This document shows, one piece after another, positions 46,263 through 59,413 of a stretch of 64,000 nt of DNA. The translations under genes and the position numbers were made by a program. The first letter of the stretch is position 1. Each line of letters opens with the position of its first letter. The notes under the pieces are model-generated. The model was not told the origin of the DNA and did not search any database. It worked only from the letters and a program-made list of their open reading frames with translations. The DNA is from the human T2T-CHM13v2.0 reference genome, Homo sapiens. Location of the stretch: the NCBI RefSeq assembly GCF_009914755.1, contig NC_060925.1; one strand, given 5' to 3'.

Positions 46263-49200
46263 GTGAGTGGGGTGAGCAGGGGAAGGAGCACAGATGAGGC
46301 CGAGGCTCAGCAGCCCCCGCAGGAAGTGGAAACAGGGGTGCTGGGGAGGGGCCGGCTACGCTCAGTGCAACTGAGGTGCATCATCCCAGTCTACCGTGGA
46401 AAGCTTTGCAGTTTGGAGGCAGAAAATAATGTACAGGCCTGGGATGCTCTGCGGTGGGGACCGGGGGCATCTGGTTGTACCCGCTCCCCGGCTCCAAGCT
46501 GTCTGACTCCTACCGAGGCTGAGGACCTGGAGTCAGAGTGGGTCTTGTCAGCAGGTGATAGGCACGAATCAAAACCTTATCCACAAGGACAGGCCCCCAC
46601 CCTGTGTGTGGTAACACTGAGATCACGTTATGCACAGTGTTCTGTGGCTTCTGGCCCAGAGCTGAGGGTGCTCAGTGTGGATGGATGTTTGGCTCAGCAA
46701 GGTCTCAGCAACCGGGTGACAGATGGAATACAAGGGAAGCAGGAATCTTCTCCCGAGAACCATGCACCCCCCATTCCCAGAGATCAGGGTGAACAGTGCC
46801 CCACCTCTGACAGTCTGGAGGTGTCGTCCCAAGAGGCACCAGCTGGTCACTGGGTCCCAAGAGGTGCTAGCTTGTGCCTGGGACGCCATGTCAATATTTG
46901 CGGTGCTGGATTAGTCAGGGCTCTACCTCTGACCCGGCGCCAGCTGGGCTGGCTTCCATTCCCTCCAGGTGTGTACGGGCCTGGGAGTGGCTCCTGTGGG
47001 GTCCGGTTGCTTTTGGGCAAGGAGGGGCAGTACAAGGGATGCTGGTCCTACAAGTGAGATCCTGAGTGCCCGTCTTATCCTGACAATTTGTCTCATGCAT
47101 ATAGTCATATCACTTCATTTCCCTGAGCCTCAGTCTCCTCACCTGTAAAATGGGAACAATAATGGCTAACGCAGGCCAATGTCTAGCACACAGAAGGTTT
47201 CCAGTACATTACAGCTATTGTCACATTATTACTATTACTGATACTATTATTATCATCATTACAATGATTATTAGCTCTGAGTCTCATCTTACATATGAGT
47301 AGCAAAGGACTCATCATAACTACCTCCTCACTATCTCCCAACATTAAAATAATGTTGATGATTAAAAACAATTTTTTTTAACGCACATTCACAAAACTTC
47401 TGGGCTCTTCAGGGGCAGGGCCAAAGTGAACCTAAGTGGGTGTTTCCGAAGTGGTAAGGGTTTTATTGCTATTTCCTGCAGTAGGCAGTGTGGGGTGTAT
47501 GTGTGTGCACGCACTTGTGTGTGTAGGAATTTGACTGTGTATGTGCATGTGTGTGACTGTGTGCACATGTGTGTGGATATGCATAGGCGTGTATGTGGGG
47601 GGTGGGTGACTGCATGCATAGGCACACAGGTGCTTTGATCTTCACCTGCCAGGTAATTGATCCCACAAGGTGCCATGTTCATGGGGAAATCACAGTGAGC
47701 ATTCAGTGGCCCTATCGGAGTTGGGGTGAAAGCTCCCAGGCACCTTCCTCACCGAAGCCACGCTGTGATTGTTTTTGGTTCTCTGCATATGGCCAATTGC
47801 AGTGTGAGGTCACGGCACTGGCAGATCACGTGGGGTTGCACTTTACAGACAGGATTAGTAGGTCATGCTCTGCTAAGTAAGAAAAAGGACACTTCCAAAC
47901 TAAAAAAGCAGAAGTTACAAGACATAAAAGAGTGACCCTCTGAGGGGCACCGCCCACGACCATTAGGTCTCCCTGGGCTTATTTCCGGCCTCGGCGCATG
48001 AACAAATGGGCGCGTGGGCAGCTGCCCAGGCTGCAGGCTGTGGGTGCATTTTTAACTGTGGGCAGAGATTTCCCTGCAGTTGATGTCAGGAGCCCTGGGA
48101 AATAGAGTTAGAGAAATTGATTTCCTGGGCCCCTGGTGAGCAGAGCCCCTGGCCAGAAGCAGCGGCTCTTTCTGTTTGATCCAGGGTTTCATACAAATGC
48201 TCATGTTCTCTACAGGCACTTGATATGAAAAGGTTGGAAGCACTTTTTCTCTTCCTTAAAATGGGGACAATAATGCAACTTATGGGGTCCTCATGAGGGT
48301 CAGCTGCGTTACCATGAGTAGAGCACTTAGCAAAGAGCCTGGTGTGTAAAGAATCAGTGCTGGTCCTTGTTATTTCTACTGCTGTCATTGTAACCTAACA
48401 CCATCGTCTCCTGACTCTAGGAGGGCCCCCATCCTTGCAGTCTATATTGACATCATCTAGTTTAAAGTGTAATCTGTACTCTACAACTCACTTACTTTTT
48501 GTCAAAGTTAGAATTCTCCAAGATAAAAGCTGGACGCACAAACCAGCATGGAGGGCATCTTTGTCTCCCCCTTCAGAAGTCTTCCCTCCTGGGACCAGGG
48601 CCACCAAGGCCTCCCCAGCGACTCTAGAGTCCCAGATCTCTGCTCCAAGGGGCTGTCTTCCTTAGTATTATCTCCTCTGGCATTGCCCCAAACGCTGGGT
48701 GAGGCCTTCATCCACAGGCCAGGGCCCTTGATACACACAAGCCCCTGCCAAGATGCACCCCGACCTGCCACCCAGCCCATGCCCCTGTACCAGCCCTCTG
48801 TCCCTTCTTCATCCCACTGTCTCCACCTACGGCAGACCCTTTATTGATCTTAACCCAGGTCTACTGTGTTGCTGTCGTTCCCACAGACTCATTTTCAGAA
48901 TCTGTTCTGCCTTTTCCTTTGTCTGCAACTGAAGATTGTCCCTTTGGTCTGGTCCTCATTCCCGTACCCCTATCTGTTTCTTATTTAGGGGAGTTAGGAG
49001 CTTTACATCATATCTTACAGATTTCTGTAAAATCAGGAACAAAAGGGCTGAGGATGAGCATGGAGACTCTTCTTGCAGCATAGAGTCGCAGGGAGCCGGG
49101 GGGTAGCGGGCCATAGGGAAATCACAAGCATTGCCAGGTTCCCTGCAGACCTCTGTGGCTTGGGCATCATTTGCAGTAGGACTCAGCATTACACGGTGCA

Positions 49201-49959
49201 CATCTCAGCAGCCCGTGGGACCGTGGGGCTGGACGGCCCTCCTCCTCAGCACCACCTTCTTGTCAAACACAGCTGTGCTTGGGGAGGGTGGGCAGAGCAC
49301 AAAGCCAAGGGGACATTGGAGGGCAGTGGACAGCCAGGCTTGCCCTCAAGGGAGCCCAGGGCAAGGAGTGCACTGAGGGTGACTCAGGGAACTGGCTGGG
49401 AGGGGCTGGGAGGCAGAGAGGGTGATAGGCTCAACCTGGAGAGAAGGTGAGATCACCCCCAGGTCTCATGCAAGGGACTGTGGACCTGAGTGGAAGTGGG
49501 TGCACAGAAAGAGGAGGAGGGAGTATCGGGTGAGGTCTCCCAGCCTGATGGGGAACAGCCACCATGCAGTCCATCCCTCCTTGTCTGCCTGTACCCATTT
49601 ATTTTTGGCCAGGCAATTCCCCCCCACCAATTCTCAGTGTAAATCCAGGACACCTCCCCGAAAGTGCCCACACCCCTCTAGCCCATGTGAACAACCCCTG
49701 TGGCAGACCTGTGCACAGCGTGGCATGTGACCACAGCCTCTCCTGCACGGTGAGCTTGCCGTTCCCTGTGCTGCTCCCCTGACCCCCAGGAGGGGTTGTC
49801 AGTTGTTCTGGGACAGCCCCAAAGGCCCCATGGCCTCCACAGTGCTGGGCACATGACAGGGATCGGCACATAGCTATGAACAGCAGCGTCTGGCATCTCC
49901 AGACCTTGCTGGAAATGTGGCTTTTCTTCACTGGAAGGCCATGTGAAAGACAGAATGAA

Positions 49960-50138
49960 TGAAAAAGAAAGAGAGAAAGAAAGAGAAAAAGAGAGAAGGA
50001 GAGGAAGAGAGAGAGGGAAAGGGAAGGAAGGGAAGGGAGGAAGGGAGGAAGGAAGGAAAGAAGGAAGGAAGGAGAGAAAGAGAAAGAAAGATAGAAAAAA
50101 GAAAGGAAGAAGAGAAAGAAAGAAAGAAGAAAGAAACA

Positions 50139-50210
<72 letters not shown>

Positions 50211-50212
50211 AG
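49960..50212 (+). repeat. Polypurine GA/GGAA/(GAAA)n compound microsatellite
   Basis: Directly visible; pure (GAAA)n at ~50140-50210. Confidence 0.95.
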
Positions 50213-53054
50213 GGTGGCTTTTCCCTTTGTGAATTATTCACTGTGCTTAGTAGAGGAAAGTGTGTCTTCGGCTGAGCCCTGATGATGTACAAGGTAAACA
50301 GAACAGTCCCTGAAAGCAAACATTCCAGGGTGCTTGGCCCTTAGTGCTCCAGGAAAACCACCTGGTGGTAGGGCTGTGGGGTGGGGGAGGGGAGGGGGAG
50401 GGGGAGGGGTCTGCGTGCCTCCCTCGGGGCTTCAGGCAGCAGTCTAGGTTCACTTCAGGTTTGTCAAGACCCCTGCAATTGAGACACCTCTGATCGTCCT
50501 ATCACAGGACTGTAGCTTCAGGTAACCCCTTCCTCATGGCCTCCCAAGCAACATTTCACAGGAACAAATGTACATCCAGGATCGACACGCACATGCAGGA
50601 CACTCACACGTAGACAATGCTCCCAAGTGCACATGCAACCAGCATACATGTGGAGCATGCACAAGCACACACGTGTACCACACCTGGGCACACACAACAA
50701 GGCAAGTCACAGGCACCTTGCACATGTGGGCATGTGGGCCGTCAGCATACACACCACTCCCAGGCATCTAACCCAGGCCCACCGCCTAGCTGCCCCTTCC
50801 ACACATGCGTCCGCAGAACCCCCTGTGACTGGCACGTGTGCACACCAATTACCAGAAGCACTGACCCACAGAGGAGTCGGTCACACATCCAGACACCTCC
50901 CCAATTTATACCCGATGGCTAATTTGTGTTTACTTGGAGAGTTTCTGAGTTTTTTCCTTTTGTATTTTTCTCCTCATTGGGTGCGATTTGGTTTAAAACA
51001 AAAACAAAAACAGACCTCTCCTGAACAAAACAACCAATTGCAAGATAGGAGCTGGGAGGCGGTGGCAGCTGCAGGCACAGTTGGTACGGTTGGCGGGGCC
51101 AGGCCTGCAGAAGGCTGGGGGAGGGGAGGGGCAGGGAGGATGGGAAGGAGGCGGGCATCCGGGAACAGCCCTGCCCCAGGAGCTAGCACAGCCTGCTGGG
51201 CAGGGATCTGTGGCTTTTGGAGTACATTTTATGTCCACTTGAGGAGTGAGTAGCATTGGCAGTGGGGGCATTGCTTGCCAGGGCTATCCCCTGGCAGGGG
51301 CTGGGCAATCAAGACAGGGAGGGCTTGGGGGACTCCTGGGTTTCCCTTCGGGCAGGCACATTCTGCAACAAGCCCAGAATGTCTAAGCTGGTGACAGATG
51401 AGGATGCAGCCGTGAGAAGTTAAATGGCCCACGCTGAACCCTACTGCTGAGCGGGGCAGGCTATTCCTGGGACTCTATTGAGGCCCACTGACATGGTCCT
51501 GGTTTGCATTGTCCTTCTGGGCTCAGCTCAGAGCCACCTGCAAACTCCTGCGCTAGCCAAGGTGGAGGAGGAAGAAGAGCAGTGCGCTTCCTACAGATGA
51601 GAGGGGTCCGCACAGGCAAGCCAAGCCAGGACCCCAGAACTGAGCAGCTGCCCCCCACCTTCACTCCCTTTCCAGCCACCACGGAGATCAGAGTCATTTA
51701 ATGAAATGGCGCCAAAGCTACCTGGAGCTGGGGGTGGGAATGCAAAGACGTGTGAGACCTGGCAGAGGACAGGCCAGCATTTGGGAGGTCCTTACTTCTG
51801 CCGGGCCTGGGGTTTTGGCGCATCTAAAAACACCCCGTGTTCTTCAGAAATTCTCCTGGCCAAGCTTTCTTGAGTATTTTAGACACTAATGCCACACATA
51901 GCTCTCCCTGGGCAGGCGCCCCTGGTGTCTGTCACTCCTCCAGGTTGTCACATCCTGGGGAATGCAGAGAGAGCACCAGCATTTGAAGCTTCTGCTCTTG
52001 GTCCTGATAATCCCCTTGACTTCAAAGAAATCTCTGTCCTGCCTTTGATTCTTTGGGACACAAGATGAGAGGAGAAGCAGGGTGCTGAGAAGCCTGAGGA
52101 AGACAATTCAAAGCAGAGGTCTCTCGGGGAAGGCGGCGCAGCTTGAGCTCCCCACGTGGCGTCCGCCCAGACACTGCTGGAACCTTCCACCTCCAGCCCA
52201 GGCCCCTCCTCAGTCCTGGTGCCTGGAAGAGTGGGAAGAGGTGGGAAAAATCCTTCACTCCTCTGCAGGCCCCGGCCCAGTTAACTCACCACCCCTGCAG
52301 GGTGAGCCAGAACGTGCCTCGCTGCCACAGGATTGGCTGTTACCTCTCCCGAGACCGGCCCGGCTTCCTCCCTCCCTCCCTCCCTCCCTCCCTCCCTTTG
52401 TTTAGGTCTGTGCTCCTCTGCTTCCCCCAGAGACGCCTCCCCTGCTGACTGCTGTAGCTAGCCTTGCCCCATCCCACCCCTTCCCTCTCCATCCTCGCTC
52501 TTTTCTCTCCTGGTTTATGGTTTGTCTCTTCCTCAAATGCAATTTGCAAAACTCTCCTGAACGAAACAACAGCTTCTGGGAGGTGGTGGCAGCTGCAGGC
52601 ACAGTGGCGCCGTGGGTGAGGCCAGGGCTGAGGCAGGCTGGGGGAGGGGCGGGGCAGGAGGCTGGGAAGGGGCGGGGCTTCCGAGAGCACCGCCCTCCGC
52701 GTCCAGGGCAGCTCCACCAGGGCAGGGGCTTTCCCTCTCTCTTTGTTGTCGTCCAATGTCAGGAATGGAGCCCAGCAACTCAAAGAGTGGAAGAATATAT
52801 GCATATCATAAGATTGCTTTCTACACTTTTTTGTTCATGTTTTATAAATACCCCTCCATATTGTATATGTATATATTAATATGTATTAATGATTACATTA
52901 ATACACATAGTGTATGTGCTTATGTGTAATATAGAATAATATATATATATAATGCACTTCGGTGAAACAATATGAGAGATGTGTGCATATCTCTCTTTAT
53001 ATGGTATAGATACATGAAATTTTACCTAAGTGCATCTCTGTAAAAAGAAACACT

Positions 53055-53345
53055 GAGCAGGGTGGCATGTGTCTGTAACCTCAATACCTTGGGAATCCAA
53101 GGCGGGAGGATCACTTGAGGCCAGGAGTTTGAGACCAGCCTGGGCAACATAGCGAGACCCCCATCTCCACAAAAAAAAAAAAAAAATTAAAAAGTGGCTG
53201 GGCGTGGTGACTCACGTCTGTAGTCCCAGTTACTTGGGAGGCTGAGGTGGGAGGATTGCTTGAGCCCAGAAGGTCAAGGCTGTAGTGAGCTATGATCATG
53301 TCACTGCACTCCAGCCTGGGTGACACAGCAAGATTCTGTCTCTAA
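53055..53345 (+). mobile_element. AluJ-like element
   Basis: Diverged dimer. Confidence 0.85.
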
Positions 53346-53864
53346 ACCTATATATATTTGGAATCCACTTTGTGGGGGAAGGATTATATAAAGAAAGAAA
53401 TGGAGAAGCTGGGTGGGTAGGGAGTATGTTTAGTCCAAGGCCCCAGCCTGTGGTACATGCATTACTCAGCTCCTTGAAGCCCACAGAGGTCACAGAGCTC
53501 ACAGCTGGGATAGCCCTGGACTCCTAGCCCAGTGCCTGAGTGAGCACAGGAATCCTCAGTGTGTGGCTGATGTCCAGCTTTGTGGCCGGGTGTGGCCTGT
53601 GTTTCTGGCCAGAGATTGGTGCTGAGTGCAGCTCAGGAGGCAGGACCTCTCCCCGGCGGAGGAGATTTACCAAAGATGAGCCCAGCCTTATCCAGAGCAT
53701 AGAGAGGTGGCAGCCTTTTACATCCACGTGGCCCTCCTCAGGGAAAAGAATCAAGCACAGGGAAAGCCCTCTGCCCCAAGAAAGCAGAGAGACCCTGAGC
53801 CTACCCTTTCATAGTGGCTTGCAGCATGGCAGGCCTCAGCCTAATAACACTCTCATTCCTCCAG

Positions 53865-53934
53865 GAAATCGTGAAAAACCCAGAATTCATTCTTGGAGGG
53901 GCCACCAGGACTGATATCTGCCAGGGAGAGCTGG
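53865..53934 (+). CDS. CAPN9: Calpain-9 exon 2 (70 nt)
   Basis: [24 protein letters not shown]. Acceptor cctccag, donor G|gtgagt. Confidence 0.97.
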
Positions 53935-54833
53935 GTGAGTGTAAGTGGATGGAGCATGGCGAGAGGGAGGTTGAGTCACTGGGACAGGCAAGCAACTGCA
54001 GCATGGGGTCCCTGAGGACCCAAGAGGCATGGGGCTGGGGGAACAACACTGCTTCGGCCTCTGCTTCCTCACTCCCTCTGAATGGAGTCCAGTGGCCTCA
54101 AGCCCCTGCACCTCTGTTCCTCTAGAGTCAGACATGCCTGTGATGTGGGGCTCACAGCCCCGGAGTTTACAGAGGAAAGTGACACCCAGCAGCGTTGGTC
54201 GGGCTCTCCTACACCACCACAGTAGCTAACACCTGCACACATGAACTCAGTCACCTGCGAGGTACTCTCCCCAGCACACATTGCCTCATTCCATCTTCAC
54301 AACCCACCCTCCTAACGTCACAGATGAGGAAATGGAGGCTGAGGAAGGCTAAGTAACTTGTCCAAGGTCACAGAGGTGGTAGACAGGCAATCAGGATTTG
54401 AACCCAGACACTCCAGCAGCAGAGCCCTTACTGCTAACCATTATACACACCCTGGGGAGCCGCTCCCCAGCAATCCAGTCTCCCTCCTGCAATGAACCTG
54501 AGTGCACCTCAAGTCACTCAAATTGGGTCCTGCATTTTAGGACTTAATCCAACTGGGCTGGGTTTACCTTTGTTCTATCTATGAAAGACAGAGAGAGTGA
54601 GAGAGCGAGAGACTTTCTTTTAAAAAATACCAGTGAAATCAGCCTAGAGAACAAACCACTGCAAGCTTGTGTGGACCCTGACTTATTTCTAGCTGAGGTT
54701 GTCACTGTGGTCTATTGGTTAAGAAAGGCCATGCTGGAACCTCCATGCTGAGCAACTGAGCTATCCTAAACACAAGATCCAAAGTCACAAACCTAGACTG
54801 ATGTTAGTTAATTAGCTAGACAGAGAGACAATT

Positions 54834-55078
54834 GAGAGAGAGAGAGAGAGAGAGAAGCAAATGGATAGATAGATAGAAACATAGATAATAAGTAATAGAT
54901 GATAGGTAGAAAACGGATGCATAATTAGATAGATAAATAGGTTGATAGGTTGATTGATTGACTGATAGACCATACAAAATAAATATATAATAATAGATAG
55001 ATGGTAGTAAATAATGATAGGAAGGTAGGTGGGTAAATACATGGATGGATGGGTATAGATAGATGATGGATGATAGAC
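54834..55078 (+). repeat. (GA)n plus degenerate (GATA/GGAT)n tract
   Basis: Directly visible. Confidence 0.85.
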
Positions 55079-55085
55079 GGAATTA

Positions 55086-55726
<641 letters not shown>

Positions 55727-56104
55727 CTAGATACAATGTAGACTTTTCAAAAGGTTTACATTCAGGTGGTCCTTCTCCAGGAGATCCTCCCTGCCGCTGC
55801 CCACCTCTCCCCCTCTTCCTCTGCCTCCCTTCCCCTCGACCCCGTAGTCCTCCATTGCTATCCAATAGGAAATCATTCTACTGGCTCCTTTGTTTTTCAA
55901 AGTTTTGGTTTGTCACATTGGCATAAACATATATTTGGAGTTACAACCTTATATTTTACCTTAGTGGATGGTTGATTCTAAAGATTATTTTGTAACACTT
56001 TTACTACACCAAAGTACTGTACATGGCATATATATGTTATAAAGAATAACAAGAAAATGAACAGCCGTGATCTGTTGCCACCCACAATAAGAACTAGAAC
56101 ATCT

Positions 56105-56242
56105 GGTCATGTAGAGTGCTCACACCTGTAATCACAGCGCTTTGGGAGGGGGAGGTGGGAAGATCTCTTGAGCCCAGGAGTTTTAGACTAGCCTGGGCAA
56201 CATAGCAAGACCACATCTCTATCAAAAAAAAAAAAAAAAAAA
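56105..56242 (+). mobile_element. FLAM-like Alu monomer
   Basis: Left monomer plus polyA; TSD aactagaaca. Confidence 0.8.
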
Positions 56243-58018
56243 CTAGAACACACTTGGAACAGCATCAAGGCATGCTGTTATCTGCAGGGGGTGGGGGTAG
56301 GGGTGGAGCTGGGTGAGTGTGAGGGGATGGAGCATGGCGAGAGGGAGATTGGATTGCTGGATCAAGAGCGACTGCAGTATGGGGTCCCTGAGAACCCAAG
56401 AGGCACAGCGTTCCCCCTGCAGTGAGCCGAGATGGTGCCACTTCACTCCAGCCTGCTCCTCCCATAGTGCCCTCTGCTCTGCACCACCCAGATAGCCGAG
56501 CAACACGCTGACCCACAGAGGGCACTTCTTCCAGGCACAGCTGGGTGGCCAGCCCCATCCATCTGCCCAGGCCCAAGAGAGAGAAAAGCAATCTTGTTTT
56601 GGCTTCTCAATCTCCCCGCCAAAAGCTCAGAGCATTTCTGGCTGAAAACACGTGAGGTGTTGAGTTCTCAGGCCGGAAAACACTCATTTTCCTCAACTGG
56701 GCAAAGTTGAAACTTGGAGGAGAGCTGGGAAAGGTCAGCCCACAGCAGAGGTCACTCTATTAGACTCCTGTTGGCCTGGCCGCCCTGAAGCTGAAAGCAG
56801 ACACCAAGTCTCTCCTTATCTTTGCATCTTCTGCGTGGCACAAGGTCTGCCACCCTAGAGGCACTTGGTAAAGTTTGCTGAACAAACGATCCTGCAGGTT
56901 CCAGCCATGTCACTTCCTAGTAGCATCTCCCAAAGCTGACCTGAGGCTCCCAAAGACCAGCAGATGCATTAGAAACCAATCCTTCTGTGCTCCAGCTAAG
57001 GCTGGGGGTGGCTTGTACTCTGCTGGTGACACCTCTCAGAAAGCCAGAACCAGGGCGATTCGGAATTAGCTTTCCCGATGTTCGGCCCTGGCGAGTCTCT
57101 CTTGCCTGTGTCAAACAGCCAGAAAAGGCCATATTACAATGTCCCAAGCCCAGTGACATACGGTGCTTTCCAGAAATGTGAACTCAGAAACTGCCAAGCT
57201 GAGTGTGATGGGCTTTTAGGTTCTGATGACGTTGATGTTGTCTACTGAAAACAAGTGAATCTGGATAAAGGTGATTCGGATAAATGGATCCTCCCAGATA
57301 TCTGCTTACACAGGCGGCATCTGAGACACTGTGAGGCACACACCAGACACAGCCCACACTCAGTGTGGGCAAAGGAATGCCTCCAGGAGTCTGGAACAGC
57401 ACAGATAGCACAGATAAAATCATGTTTGATGTTTGACTTCACTTTTTAGTTTTCCTCCAGATGTGTGTTAACATGAAGACACAGCTGGGAAGTTCAGTAG
57501 GTCAGTCAATAAATCTTGAAAATGCAAGATAATTTAAAGCAAATGGAGCCACCACGGAGATACCATTATCTGTAATTAAGCTGAGTCTGGGTTGGGGCTG
57601 CAGGGAGATTTCTAACCACCCTCCCAAGTACTGCCGAACCACTTGGGTGGCAGCTATGAAATGTCTGCTCGCCCAGCCCGTGCTGACACTGATGTATGCA
57701 GTCTTGGTCCTCTGGAAAGGGAGTTGCTGGAATTCACAGAGCTGATGCATCAGGCAGCCATATGTCTGAAACCCAAGTAAGCATGTCCTATAACAGTGCC
57801 AAGAAGGCAACAGCTGTTTATGATAGACGGGCAGAGAAGAGCAGGCAAGGGAGGCAGAAGGGGAGGAGAGAGTTATTTGTTGGTGTCCTGTCTGTTTTTA
57901 AACAGGTAGAAAAGATGTGGCCACATCTGAAACTCCCCACATCCCCTTCTGACACAGAGTTTTCCTATTTGCTGTGAAATAGCAATGAAAATTGTGATTT
58001 ATGGCTTCCATTTTGCAG

Positions 58019-58137
58019 GAGACTGCTGGCTATTAGCCGCCATCGCCTCCCTTACGCTTAATCAAAAAGCACTGGCCAGAGTCATCCCCCAGGACCAAAG
58101 CTTTGGCCCTGGTTATGCCGGGATATTCCATTTCCAG
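58019..58137 (+). CDS. CAPN9: Calpain-9 exon 3 (119 nt), catalytic Cys97 at 58024-58026
   Basis: [40 protein letters not shown] completes the QGELGDCW motif. Acceptor ttttgcag, donor CAG|gtaaga. Confidence 0.98.
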
Positions 58138-59343
58138 GTAAGAGGGAGCCCTGGGCCAGTGGGTTTACCTCTCTGGGGCCCGGCATGAGGGCAGGTGCAT
58201 TTCCACACTGCCTGGTAACCCTAGAAAAAAATGTCATCAGATCTGTGTGACATATGGTCCTAAACCATGCTAAAGCCACATTTTATCATGGAATAACAGC
58301 TAAATGCCTCAGAAGAACATTAACGGCATTGCACGGTGAATCCTTATGGAGCATACATTTAAAACTATAAGTGATGTTTTGGCAAATCTGGAGGTCCATC
58401 TGTTAAGGGTTTTATTATTTGGAATTTCTTGTGCTTTAAGCACAAATTGACTAAACCAATTATACCTCCAGGAAACTGGTTGATTTCTCATAAACAGAGA
58501 GGTTCTCTTTATGGAAGAATTGTAAATTTGGAGATCTTGAGGGATTTTAAAAAATAAAAACTGAGAAAAATACAGACAACATCTGCTGGAGTCCCGTGTG
58601 ACCCGCAGACCCTCAGCCGAGGTGCACATCAGGAGAGGCTTGCCCCCAGGAGATGGTTTCCTGCTGCTTCACCTCACTTTCTATCCCTCCAGTCTCTCCT
58701 CCACCCCTGTCCTTATATAGGGTTCGACCAGATACTGAAACTTGCCCCTTGTTCTTACTTAGGTGGGTGACCTCAGACAATTTTCTTAGTGACATTAAAC
58801 CTTTCTACACTCGTCTGAAAAAAGGAGAGACTGACAGTTCCCTGCAGGCTTCCCGTAGAGCTAAATGGCATCACACACAGGAGCCGGCACAGAGCCAGGC
58901 ACCGAGTAGGCATTCCTTGACCTTCCACCCCAGACAGTGTCACCTTCTCCTGACTCACAGGCCACCACTCAGGGCCAGCCCGTTTCTTCTGTCCCTGAGG
59001 CCTGCAATCTGATAAGCAGAGGTACTCTCAAGCCCTGTCACCAATAGCACAGAAGTGTTTCAAAGGCAAAGAGAGTGAGCAGGTCACATGTAGCTCAGGG
59101 AGCATGCAATTCCCAGGGGTCAGGCCTCCTGCGCCGGCTGGGGACAGAGCCACTTTGGGTCCCAGGGAAACTCTACCCCTGCTCTCTCACAGACCTGCCA
59201 CCACCTGGCTGTCTCCCTTCCCATCCTGTGACTTCTGCTGAGACCACAGTCTTGGTTTGATGGCGCCCCCAGGAGCCGGTCTTTCCCCAGTCCTCTTAAA
59301 CACACCAGGGTGGCAGTGTTGGGGGTGGTTAAGCTCAGAAAAT

Positions 59344-59413
59344 CCAGCAGAACTACTGCCTCTAAACCAGAACCAGAACCAGCAGAACTACTGCCTCTAA
59401 ACCAGAACCAGAA
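59344..59413 (+). repeat. Perfect 35-bp tandem duplication
   Basis: ccagcagaactactgcctctaaaccagaaccagaa x2. Confidence 0.95.

Noticed and set aside
46263-47057. 335-aa ORF extending CAPN9 exon 1 by ~264 codons
   Set aside because: Calpain similarity ends exactly at the strong GTGAGT donor. The rest is GC-rich intron read-through with no recognisable domain.
49678-50319. F/L/S-rich and K/E/R-rich ORFs
   Set aside because: Translations of the (GAAA)n microsatellite.
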